A DNA stretch of 42,513 nucleotides, taken from IMG/VR virus record IMGVR_UViG_3300048605_000012. One strand, given 5' to 3'. Both the position numbers and the translations under genes were made by a program. Position 1 is the first letter of the stretch. The number at the start of each line of letters is the position of its first letter. Of the stretch, positions 26,376 through 33,557 are shown in pieces. This DNA is from a virus. The notes under the pieces were generated by a model. The model was not told where the DNA came from and did no database searches. It saw nothing but the letters and a program-made list of their open reading frames with translations.

Positions 26376-26919
26376 CGGCTTGTTCCAACAGTTCTGGGTT
26401 CTCGTAGATGTTGCCTAAAATAGTTATATCGCTAGATGCTAAGTTAAAATTGTGCAAGAATATTTCTTCTAAATCTTCCGCATCAGGTAAACTCGTAGAA
26501 ACAGAAATACCATCAATTTCACTAGGTATAGGTTGGGGAGTGTCGAAATCATACTTGGCATCTTTGATTACCCATGCTGTTCCTGTTTCATCTGTATCAA
26601 CCACACCGATCATATGATTTTCTTGGTAATAGCCCATAGGCCACTCTTCCCAAAAGATATCAATGATGTCACCTCTATAAACGTCCTTTTCTTCATCGTC
26701 TTCGTGGGAATCTGACATATACCCTTTCAAGCCAGTGGATTGCATCAGCACACACGTACCTAAGCCATCATCATCTAATGCAGACCATACGTCCCTTGGC
26801 TTACCGTTATCAACTACCCTAAATTTAACTTGTGTATGTTGCACTTCGCTAAAGCCTAAACTGGTCACTTTACCCATAAGTTTGTCATTTTTATCCCACG
26901 CTCTAAATTTTGGTACCAT
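26368..26919 (-). CDS. YopX family protein (183 aa from MVPKFRAWDK)
   Basis: The N-terminal KFRAWDKNDKLM signature is present. GGAGGG RBS. Confidence 0.7.
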   Translation of the reverse strand: MVPKFRAWDKNDKLMGKVTSLGFSEVQHTQVKFRVVDNGKPRDVWSALDDDGLGTCVLMQSTGLKGYMSDSHEDDEEKDVYRGDIIDIFWEEWPMGYYQENHMIGVVDTDETGTAWVIKDAKYDFDTPQPIPSEIDGISVSTSLPDAEDLEEIFLHNFNLASSDITILGNIYENPELLEQADE

Positions 26920-26920
26920 C

Positions 26921-27115
26921 TTATCCCTCCTGTTCAATCAAACGAATAGCACGACCGCAAGCAAGCTCATTGTTAAATCTGTAAATATTTTTCCTTACAG
27001 AATCCAGATTTTCTTCTTTAACTTCTTGATTCATTTTGTATGAAAAATTTGCCCAATCATTAAAGGAATCAAGCCATCCTTGTTCTTCGTTGTCAGTAGT
27101 AATGATATATTTCAT
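26921..27115 (-). CDS. Hypothetical small early protein (64 aa)
   Basis: ORF with a GGAGGG RBS. Confidence 0.6.
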   Translation of the reverse strand: MKYIITTDNEEQGWLDSFNDWANFSYKMNQEVKEENLDSVRKNIYRFNNELACGRAIRLIEQEG

Positions 27116-27117
27116 TC

Positions 27118-27627
27118 TTATCCCTCCTGTTCATCCTGTTGGATTTGATCAATCAAATTAATGACTTGACCTTTGCTTAGATTACCTTTGATCCCCAATA
27201 TTTTCTTTTTCAGATTCAGTTTAATCGCAGCCGTAGTTTCCTTTGAAACCTTGTCAGATACTCTTTCAGCAATTTTCTTTTCTTGTCTTTTTAACTCGTA
27301 GACTTCATCAGCTAATTGCTTTTTTTCGATCATCAGCGTATTATTTTTTGATTCTAGATCTTCTATCCGAGACTTATAACGGTCGATGCTGTATAGTCTT
27401 CCATTCAAATCCGCAATTGTTTTTTCTTTGTTCTCCAGTACGACTTTCAAGGCTTCAAATTGCTGCAGATCATTTTGAAGTTTTTTGATTTCAGAATCTT
27501 TCTGTTCAATTTGCAATTCCAAAGCCTTTTCTTTCTCATATCCTTGGACTACATATTTTTTCAGATTATCTACGGGAATTTGATCAGCTAAATCATATTC
27601 TTTTTTCTTCTTTGTTAATCCGAACAT
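27118..27627 (-). CDS. Coiled-coil early protein (169 aa)
   Basis: Heptad-rich K/E/L sequence. GGAGGG RBS. Confidence 0.6.
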   Translation of the reverse strand: MFGLTKKKKEYDLADQIPVDNLKKYVVQGYEKEKALELQIEQKDSEIKKLQNDLQQFEALKVVLENKEKTIADLNGRLYSIDRYKSRIEDLESKNNTLMIEKKQLADEVYELKRQEKKIAERVSDKVSKETTAAIKLNLKKKILGIKGNLSKGQVINLIDQIQQDEQEG

Positions 27628-27671
27628 CTTATCCCTCCGTTCATGATATAATCGCCATAGGAGGCGATCGT

Positions 27672-27932
27672 ATGAAAATTACTGTTGATCTAAACTCAGT
27701 TGTTCCAATAGCCGTCATTGATGCTGTTAATGAAATGATGTATCCATTACGAGTCATCGAATTAAGCGATGATCCTAACGAATTTCTGAAACAACTGAGT
27801 ATTTACATAAATGAGTATTCTGATGAATTTTCTGAAATTCTTAAGCAACAGTTTATGGTTAGAGTGACCGAACGTGTTGCAGTTGATCTGAAAACACAAG
27901 GAATTTCAATAGTTCCAAAAGAAGACTCTTAG
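27672..27932 (+). CDS. Hypothetical acidic protein (86 aa from MKITVDL), opposite strand to the neighbours
   Basis: The RBS AGGAGG lies inside a small hairpin (27651-27668). An extended -10 TGATATAAT is at 27644-27652. Confidence 0.55.
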   Translation: MKITVDLNSVVPIAVIDAVNEMMYPLRVIELSDDPNEFLKQLSIYINEYSDEFSEILKQQFMVRVTERVAVDLKTQGISIVPKEDS

Positions 27933-28036
27933 TGGGTCTTTTTTCCGTTATCGCTGACGATTACTGACTTATTTGTTTTTTTACAATCTAAAGATTTTTT
28001 ATTATCAAAAAATCAAATAACGATATTTTCAATTCA

Positions 28037-28067
28037 TTTACATTAATTCTATTAATTAGTATATAAT
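28037..28067 (+). promoter_or_regulatory. Sigma-A-like promoter of the 102-aa moron (TTTACA-17-TATATAAT)
   Basis: Hexamers at 28037-28042 and 28060-28067. Confidence 0.55.
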
Positions 28068-28089
28068 CTAACTGAAAGGTGGTTTATCT

Positions 28090-28398
28090 ATGAAAAAAAT
28101 TTGTTTTGTCTTAGTGCTCAATAATGTAATGTCGTATACGCCATTATCTCCGGGACTTCTTTTTAAAAAAGATACAAGCCTTAAAGATTATTTCTCTCAG
28201 TTTTACGATGTTTCAGTAAATTATCTTAGGGACAAAGATAATGTTGACTACTTGGTCCTTCCTGAGCCATTCGTTCCTTTTGATAATGAAAACAACCTTC
28301 CTATCATAAAAGTTCCTTCTAAATTCTTTCTGACTAAAGATTTTGAAAAAATTAAAGAGTACATTGATGACTACTTTAAAGAAAACGATGATAAGTAA
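28090..28398 (+). CDS. Hypothetical protein (102 aa) with a hydrophobic N-terminus; moron-like cassette
   Basis: RBS AAAGGTGG, own promoter and strong terminator, and very AT-rich coding sequence. Confidence 0.6.
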   Translation: MKKICFVLVLNNVMSYTPLSPGLLFKKDTSLKDYFSQFYDVSVNYLRDKDNVDYLVLPEPFVPFDNENNLPIIKVPSKFFLTKDFEKIKEYIDDYFKENDDK

Positions 28399-28426
28399 CG
28401 CTATCCTCGATCGTTTATAGCCCCTA

Positions 28427-28456
28427 CTGGTTGATATCATTATCAATCAGTTTTTT
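28427..28456 (+). terminator. Strong rho-independent terminator of the 102-aa gene
   Basis: A 10-bp stem CTGGTTGATA/TATCAATCAG with loop tcat, followed by TTTTTT. Confidence 0.8.
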
Positions 28457-28476
28457 ATTTCGTCGGATAGCTGACT

Positions 28477-28695
28477 TCAATTTGCTTTTTGATTAGTTAT
28501 CCGATTCAAGAATTCTTTTTCAAATAGTATAGTGTTAGTGTTGAACCAATTAGCCAGCTTTAAATCATCACCACTAAGCCAATGTGTTCCGTTTATTAAC
28601 CAATCAACGTCCGCACTATATAAATCATGCAAAGATCGATATTTTTCAGATAGTCGGTTAATTTCATTAATTACCATAACTGGTATTTTCTTCAT
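28477..28695 (-). CDS. Hypothetical small early protein (72 aa)
   Basis: ORF translationally coupled (ATGA) to the upstream 55-aa ORF. Confidence 0.55.
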   Translation of the reverse strand: MKKIPVMVINEINRLSEKYRSLHDLYSADVDWLINGTHWLSGDDLKLANWFNTNTILFEKEFLNRITNQKAN

Positions 28696-28859
28696 CGAAG
28701 TTCCTCCGATTTCAGTCTTGCTTTCAATTCTTCCAGATCCTTTTCAGCAAATATTCTGTTTCCATGCCATTTTGAAATGAACTCAAAGTCGTTAGTTTCC
28801 AGCGCTTCTTCTAGAGCAGCGATTTTCTTTTCGATAATTCTCAAACTTGCTTTGCTCAT
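28692..28859 (-). CDS. Hypothetical small coiled-coil protein (55 aa, not in the ORF track)
   Basis: RBS GGAGGGAAAAC. The sequence is MSKASLRIIEKKIAALEEALETNDFEFISKWHGNRIFAEKDLEELKARLKSEELR. Confidence 0.5.
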   Translation of the reverse strand: MSKASLRIIEKKIAALEEALETNDFEFISKWHGNRIFAEKDLEELKARLKSEELR

Positions 28860-29303
28860 GTTTTCCCTCCAGTTTTCTATTTTGGTGGATAGTGGAATTA
28901 CTCTCTGTAATAATCATAGATTTCTAAGTAGCCAGATATATCACTCGGAAGATAATCAGACGTCGTCACAATTATTTCTTGTAATAGTGTTTTGCTTAAT
29001 TCCACTAGATCATTTAAATCACCCAAGTTGATAATCTCTATAGACAACAAACTGTAACGAATTATTTAGTTTAATCCGAGCTTTGTCAGTGCGTTATTTA
29101 GCTAGAAAGTAACCGCTATTCCTATACCAATGTTTTTAATTTTTATATTACAGTTTTCTTTCTATAATATTTTGTACCAATTTAGCAATATTTTTCTCAT
29201 GAAATTTTCATAGTTTTTTCCATTATTTTTTCACTAAAAACATATCGATAGTATACTTAAATTATTTAATTATCCGATATTTCTTTAAAGGACTTGAAAT
29301 GTA

Positions 29304-29621
29304 ATGAGAAGCCAGAAACAAATTACAATAAAAGATTTTTTTAATACTAAGAGTAATATCATTAATTTACTAAATTCAATTAATCAGGATAACAAAAAAG
29401 AACTCGAATTCGTTTTTTCAAAATTTTTTCCATATGGTAAAATAAAAATTTTCGATCTTTTCCAAAATAAGCCTTTACATAAAAAGGTTTGTCGACAATC
29501 AGTGCCTTCCTATCCTCAACCGATTACTTTTTACAATCAAAATTATTATCCAAGCATTTGTAGAGTTTTTATTCTATTCAAATTATTATTCATACATAAT
29601 CTACTTCACACTGTTCAATAA
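29304..29621 (+). CDS. Doubtful ORF (105 aa) in a very AT-rich gene-poor stretch
   Basis: The RBS is weak and the C-terminal half is low complexity. It may be non-coding. Confidence 0.25.
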   Translation: MRSQKQITIKDFFNTKSNIINLLNSINQDNKKELEFVFSKFFPYGKIKIFDLFQNKPLHKKVCRQSVPSYPQPITFYNQNYYPSICRVFILFKLLFIHNLLHTVQ

Positions 29622-29653
29622 CGTAATTATTTCTAGTTTTCAATCTCTGTCGA

Positions 29654-29830
29654 TTAGCTACTCTTCTTAAATTTTTTTACGCTCAATAGCGTTGGTTGCA
29701 AATAGTATTCAAAGGCATAAAATTTCTCGCAACTTGGACACTGTTCCTCTGTAAATTCTTCTTCAGGAGCGATTTCGTGAATTTCAGTTTCATAAATCGT
29801 CCCACAATATGGACATTCGATACCTAACAT
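29654..29830 (-). CDS. Zinc-ribbon small protein (58 aa, not in the ORF track)
   Basis: RBS GAGGAGGA. There are two CxxC pairs (CPYC ... CPSC). Confidence 0.6.
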   Translation of the reverse strand: MLGIECPYCGTIYETEIHEIAPEEEFTEEQCPSCEKFYAFEYYLQPTLLSVKKFKKSS

Positions 29831-29872
29831 AATTTGTCCTCCTCTATTCCGTTATCTCTTCCAATTCTGGAA

Positions 29873-30175
29873 TTATTTCAGGTCACTGGATTTAACGAAA
29901 ACACCATTGACCATCTTCCCAGTTCGCCCTTTGATTTCGTCATAAGCGAAATTCAAGCACTCGTATAAATCCATGTCGTTTTGCAAAGCTAAAATAATAA
30001 TGGTCACAGCAACATCTCCGATGCCATCGCGTAATGCATCTTGGTCATTTCTAGCTAATGCAGCCGCAACTTCTCCGACTTCTTCGACAACTTTCAGCAT
30101 TTGCTTGCTGGAATCTGCCTTATCAAGTCCCTTGTTTTTCGCCCACTGCTCTACTGATTCAATTAATACATCCAT
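29873..30175 (-). CDS. mazG: MazG-like nucleotide pyrophosphohydrolase (100 aa)
   Basis: EEVGEVAAAL ... DGIGDV ... YDEIKGRTG is the typical phage MazG EXXE/DXXD helical core. Confidence 0.8.
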   Translation of the reverse strand: MDVLIESVEQWAKNKGLDKADSSKQMLKVVEEVGEVAAALARNDQDALRDGIGDVAVTIIILALQNDMDLYECLNFAYDEIKGRTGKMVNGVFVKSSDLK

Positions 30176-30192
30176 GTTATTCCCTCCAATTT

Positions 30193-30233
30193 AAGTTATG
30201 CACATATCCACAAAGTTATGCACAATATATTGT
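30193..30233. repeat. Tandem 12-bp direct repeat AAGTTATGCACA (x2, 20-bp pitch) abutting the 12-bp palindrome ACAATATATTGT, upstream of mazG
   Basis: Copies at 30193-30204 and 30213-30224. The palindrome is at 30222-30233. Confidence 0.8.
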
Positions 30234-30263
30234 AGGAACGTATTTTCGCCCACTATATATTGA

Positions 30264-30461
30264 TTACTTTGTTCTTTTATAGCCCAATTCAATCAAAAAC
30301 TCTTCCCTTTGGTTCAAAGCGTTACGATAAATCGCCTGTACACCAATTTGATCCGCATAGGCTTTTCCTTCTTGACTAGTAATAAAACGATAGGTCCTTG
30401 CTGTTTCATCTACTAAAATCGCGTGAAATTCGTTGTAATAAATTCTTTTCAAAATATTCAC
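30264..30461 (-). CDS. Hypothetical small protein (65 aa)
   Basis: ORF abutting the recombinase stop. Confidence 0.55.
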   Translation of the reverse strand: MNILKRIYYNEFHAILVDETARTYRFITSQEGKAYADQIGVQAIYRNALNQREEFLIELGYKRTK

Positions 30462-30462
30462 C

Positions 30463-31461
30463 TCAACTTACAAACTTTTGATGGGAGATCTTCACTTCAT
30501 CATCATTGATCATCGAGTAAGCCATCGTAGTCTCAATATTTTCATGACCGAGGAACCTAGAAACGAGTTCTATCGGCATCCCGTGTCTTCTCGCAAGTGT
30601 TGCGGCTGTCCTTCTGAATCTGTGTGGGTGAACATTCAAAACACCTGCACGTTCCCCTAGACGATTGACCAACTTTTGGATTCCGGCATTAGTCATCTCT
30701 TTCCCTCTCGTCTGTCCATAAAATAATGGACCAGTGATGTGAGGCACCTCTTTTAAGTAATAATTCAATGCCAGCTTTGCCTTGGCATTAAAGTATAAAG
30801 TTCTTTGCTTGTTGCCTTTTCCAATCACTTCAATCGAATCATTTTCTTGGTCATAGTTACTAAAATTGAGAGAAACCAATTCAGAGACTCGACATCCAGT
30901 ACTCAATAGCAGTTCGATGATTAGCGTTTCTTTCGCATTAGATGCAGCAATTCGTAGCTTTTCAACTTCAAGCTCGCTGAATTCTTGTTTGCGCCTTTTG
31001 GGTACTTTTATCTTTTCCACCCTTGCGCCAGGATCTCGATCGATAAACTCTTCGATATACAGCCAGTGAAAGAACCTAACGATGCAGCCACGTTCACGAG
31101 CAAGCGTACCTTTAGATATTCGATCCTGAATTTCCCTGTTGGCAATAAACAATCGAATGTCATTTGTGGTGATATCCTTAAACGGCTTTCTAAGCTTGCT
31201 CATGAAGAAGTTGATCGTCTGCATATAAAGTTTCAACGTTCCGTCTGAAAGCCCCTGAATCTTCTTTGACACCATAAATTGATGGTATGCAGCTGCATCG
31301 GATCTCTCATCATAGATCACTACATCAGTTGAAGTTTTAACTAAGTCGAAGGAATCCAAATGCATCAATAGAAGCATATTTACTTTCCTAAGTTGTTCTG
31401 GATCCAAATCATTTTCTAAATCTCCAACAATTTTATTAATCAGCGACTCCTTGTTGGTCAT
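30463..31461 (-). CDS. Second tyrosine recombinase, XerC/XerD-like (332 aa)
   Basis: The catalytic region is GCRVSEL ... HPHRFRRTAATLA ... LGHENIETTMAYS (R, H-x-x-R, H, Y). It has an N-terminal SAM-like core-binding domain and no arm-binding domain. Confidence 0.85.
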   Translation of the reverse strand: MTNKESLINKIVGDLENDLDPEQLRKVNMLLLMHLDSFDLVKTSTDVVIYDERSDAAAYHQFMVSKKIQGLSDGTLKLYMQTINFFMSKLRKPFKDITTNDIRLFIANREIQDRISKGTLARERGCIVRFFHWLYIEEFIDRDPGARVEKIKVPKRRKQEFSELEVEKLRIAASNAKETLIIELLLSTGCRVSELVSLNFSNYDQENDSIEVIGKGNKQRTLYFNAKAKLALNYYLKEVPHITGPLFYGQTRGKEMTNAGIQKLVNRLGERAGVLNVHPHRFRRTAATLARRHGMPIELVSRFLGHENIETTMAYSMINDDEVKISHQKFVS

Positions 31462-31470
31462 CGTTCACTC

Positions 31471-31653
31471 CTAACCGAAACTCTTTCGAATTTCATATTC
31501 GTGGTCGATCAACTCTTTCAATGTATCTTTGGGATATAATTTCTTGCCCGACCGCTTTTGATGCTGCACACACAACCACTGAAACTTTTCGATGGTTGCA
31601 TCATCCATAGCGTATCTGGGTCTTTTTTTCTTCGTAGCCAACAGGTGGGACAC
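31471..31653 (-). CDS. Small basic protein, possible ribbon-helix-helix DNA binder (about 55-60 aa, start codon uncertain)
   Basis: KKKRPRYAMDDATIEKFQWL resembles an RHH N-terminal strand plus helix. It lies immediately upstream of the recombinase, and 12-bp repeats overlap its start. Confidence 0.4.
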   Translation of the reverse strand: MSHLLATKKKRPRYAMDDATIEKFQWLCVQHQKRSGKKLYPKDTLKELIDHEYEIRKSFG

Positions 31654-31677
31654 CTCCTATGAAATGGTGGGACACCT
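31644..31677. repeat. Tandem 12-bp perfect direct repeat GGTGGGACACCT (x2, 22-bp pitch)
   Basis: Copies at 31644-31655 and 31666-31677. One copy overlaps the RBS and start of the RHH-like gene. Confidence 0.85.
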
Positions 31678-31683
31678 TGAGGG

Positions 31684-31989
31684 TTACTCCTTCCAGCGGT
31701 AAATTCGCCCTTGTTTATCAGGTTTCCCACTTTGGATTAAATTTTTAACAGTGACTTTGGACTTCTTGCATTTCTCACTAACGGTTTTCTTATTTCCTGT
31801 AAAAATGACGTCCCCTTTATACAGGACCTCAACTAAACGTTTTTCAGGGTTTACACCTTCATAGAGATCCTTCCGAAGCTTTTCCCATTCTCTTTTGGCA
31901 TCGGGGTCTTTTTCAAGATCGACTTTTTCCGCAAGGTAAACCATCCGTTGCCGGCGAATCTTTTTTTCAAGACTTTTTTCTTTATCCAT
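31684..31989 (-). CDS. Hypothetical protein (101 aa) with a NUMOD-like C-terminal DNA-binding motif
   Basis: The motif VSEKCKKSKVTVKNLIQSGKPDKQGRIYRW is present. The assignment is tentative. Confidence 0.4.
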   Translation of the reverse strand: MDKEKSLEKKIRRQRMVYLAEKVDLEKDPDAKREWEKLRKDLYEGVNPEKRLVEVLYKGDVIFTGNKKTVSEKCKKSKVTVKNLIQSGKPDKQGRIYRWKE

Positions 31990-31993
31990 CTAA

Positions 31994-32839
31994 CTAACCA
32001 CCTCCCTTTTTGTTTAGATAGGCTTGGACCTTAGCATTTATTTCCGCTTGGCGTTCTGGGGCAATTTCAGGCTCTGGTTCAGGATTAACGAACCTTTCAG
32101 GCAATGGTTCTTCTCGAATAAAAGGTTTCTTCATTCGCTTTTGGTTACTTGTTTCTTTTTTTATCTCAAACTTGAGACTGTCAAATTTTTCTCTCAGCTT
32201 TTTAGCACTTCTGATATTGCCAAACCAAAACTCACTTGAAGGAAGCCAATTGATCACATATTCCATTTGTTTGATAGTACGATCATCCTTTTCCTCCATA
32301 AGGCGGATAACATCTGCCCATTTTTCCAAGTTGGCTTTTTTCATTTCTTTAGGAAAATCATATATCAAATTATTTTTAAGCTTCGAAGCAAGCGTGAAGT
32401 GTTCGGTAGAATACTTCACAGGAGGAGTTTCAACTTCTTCTTTATTTGTATTATTAAATGTATTATTAATAGATGTATTATTATCTTGATAGATTTCTGG
32501 GTGAGGGGTCACCCATTTTTCTGGGCTACACCCTACATTTTTCTGGGTGGGGCCGTCTAGAATTCTGATATACCTAGCTTCAATTTCCTTAGTCCCTTTT
32601 TTGTATTTGACCTCTCTGTATATGAACCCCCTATCTTCAAGGGACTTAAGCCAATTTTGAATAGTAGACTTACCTACTTTATACTGACTGGCGAAATAGT
32701 CATTACTTGCCCAGCAATAGCCTTTTTCATTGCACAAGGCGGTAATTTCTCCGTACAAAAGTTTTGCGTTAGGTATTAAAGTATCGTCATATCTAACACT
32801 GGCAGGAATTACTGCAAAATAACTTCGGTGATCACTCAC
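31994..32839 (-). CDS. Replication initiator / replisome organiser with an N-terminal winged HTH (282 aa from the GTG)
   Basis: The GTG at 32839 follows GAGGAGG. The N-terminal domain reads YFAVIPASVRYDDTLIPNAKLLYGEITALCNEKGYCWASNDYFASQYKVGKSTIQNWL. Confidence 0.7.
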   Translation of the reverse strand: MSDHRSYFAVIPASVRYDDTLIPNAKLLYGEITALCNEKGYCWASNDYFASQYKVGKSTIQNWLKSLEDRGFIYREVKYKKGTKEIEARYIRILDGPTQKNVGCSPEKWVTPHPEIYQDNNTSINNTFNNTNKEEVETPPVKYSTEHFTLASKLKNNLIYDFPKEMKKANLEKWADVIRLMEEKDDRTIKQMEYVINWLPSSEFWFGNIRSAKKLREKFDSLKFEIKKETSNQKRMKKPFIREEPLPERFVNPEPEPEIAPERQAEINAKVQAYLNKKGGG

Positions 32840-33557
32840 GATACTCCTCCTCAATAGCTTTCTTGAACAAATCTTCCGTTTCGTATTCTTCATCAAATCG
32901 CATAATTTGGGCGTTGTTCATAATGCCGATCTTGATCAATGCCTCTTGGTCTAAGTAGACTGGTTTGATTTGATATTTTTGAATAAACTCTTCTTGACCT
33001 AAGTTGTGAGCGATATTGTGGTACTTCCAACTCAAAGCAACAAATGGAAACTTCCGATGATCGACTTTGTTCCTGTGTCGGTTTCCTACCGCTGTTACAT
33101 GGTGGATCTGCGCGCCTGATTGACCAGTTACTGCGCATTTGCGGTATTTGCAGCAGAAGTAGAAGAAACTATCGTGTTCCAGAAGATAGTTATAACGCCT
33201 AGGCAGTTGAACCCCTTCTGCAACAACGTATTCGATTAGAAAGTCAATCCATCGGTTCATCTCTGATTTACTAGCCTCAGCATGGCTGAACTCACAATCG
33301 TACGTATTTTGATAAATGTTTCGCATTTTCTCTTTCGCTTCATAGCGTGGAATATTTTCACTCTCAGCAATATCTTTGATCAATGAATGAGACAATGCAT
33401 TTTGCTTCGCACTTCTGGGGTCATTATCTATAAACTGAATTTCTGCGAATCCCTCCTGTCCCCTGCGGATCGTTTCAAGGTGCTCAGGATTCACATTCTC
33501 GTCAACTTCCAGTAGAAATCTGTTCCCCTGTTGCTTTAGAATCTTGGCTAGCATCAC
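32832..33557 (-). CDS. HNH-like nuclease domain protein (DUF968-like, 241 aa)
   Basis: Carries a Cys/His cluster, CCKYRKCAVTG...IHHVTAVGNRHRNKVDH...YHNIAH. Confidence 0.5.
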   Translation of the reverse strand: MMLAKILKQQGNRFLLEVDENVNPEHLETIRRGQEGFAEIQFIDNDPRSAKQNALSHSLIKDIAESENIPRYEAKEKMRNIYQNTYDCEFSHAEASKSEMNRWIDFLIEYVVAEGVQLPRRYNYLLEHDSFFYFCCKYRKCAVTGQSGAQIHHVTAVGNRHRNKVDHRKFPFVALSWKYHNIAHNLGQEEFIQKYQIKPVYLDQEALIKIGIMNNAQIMRFDEEYETEDLFKKAIEEEYRE

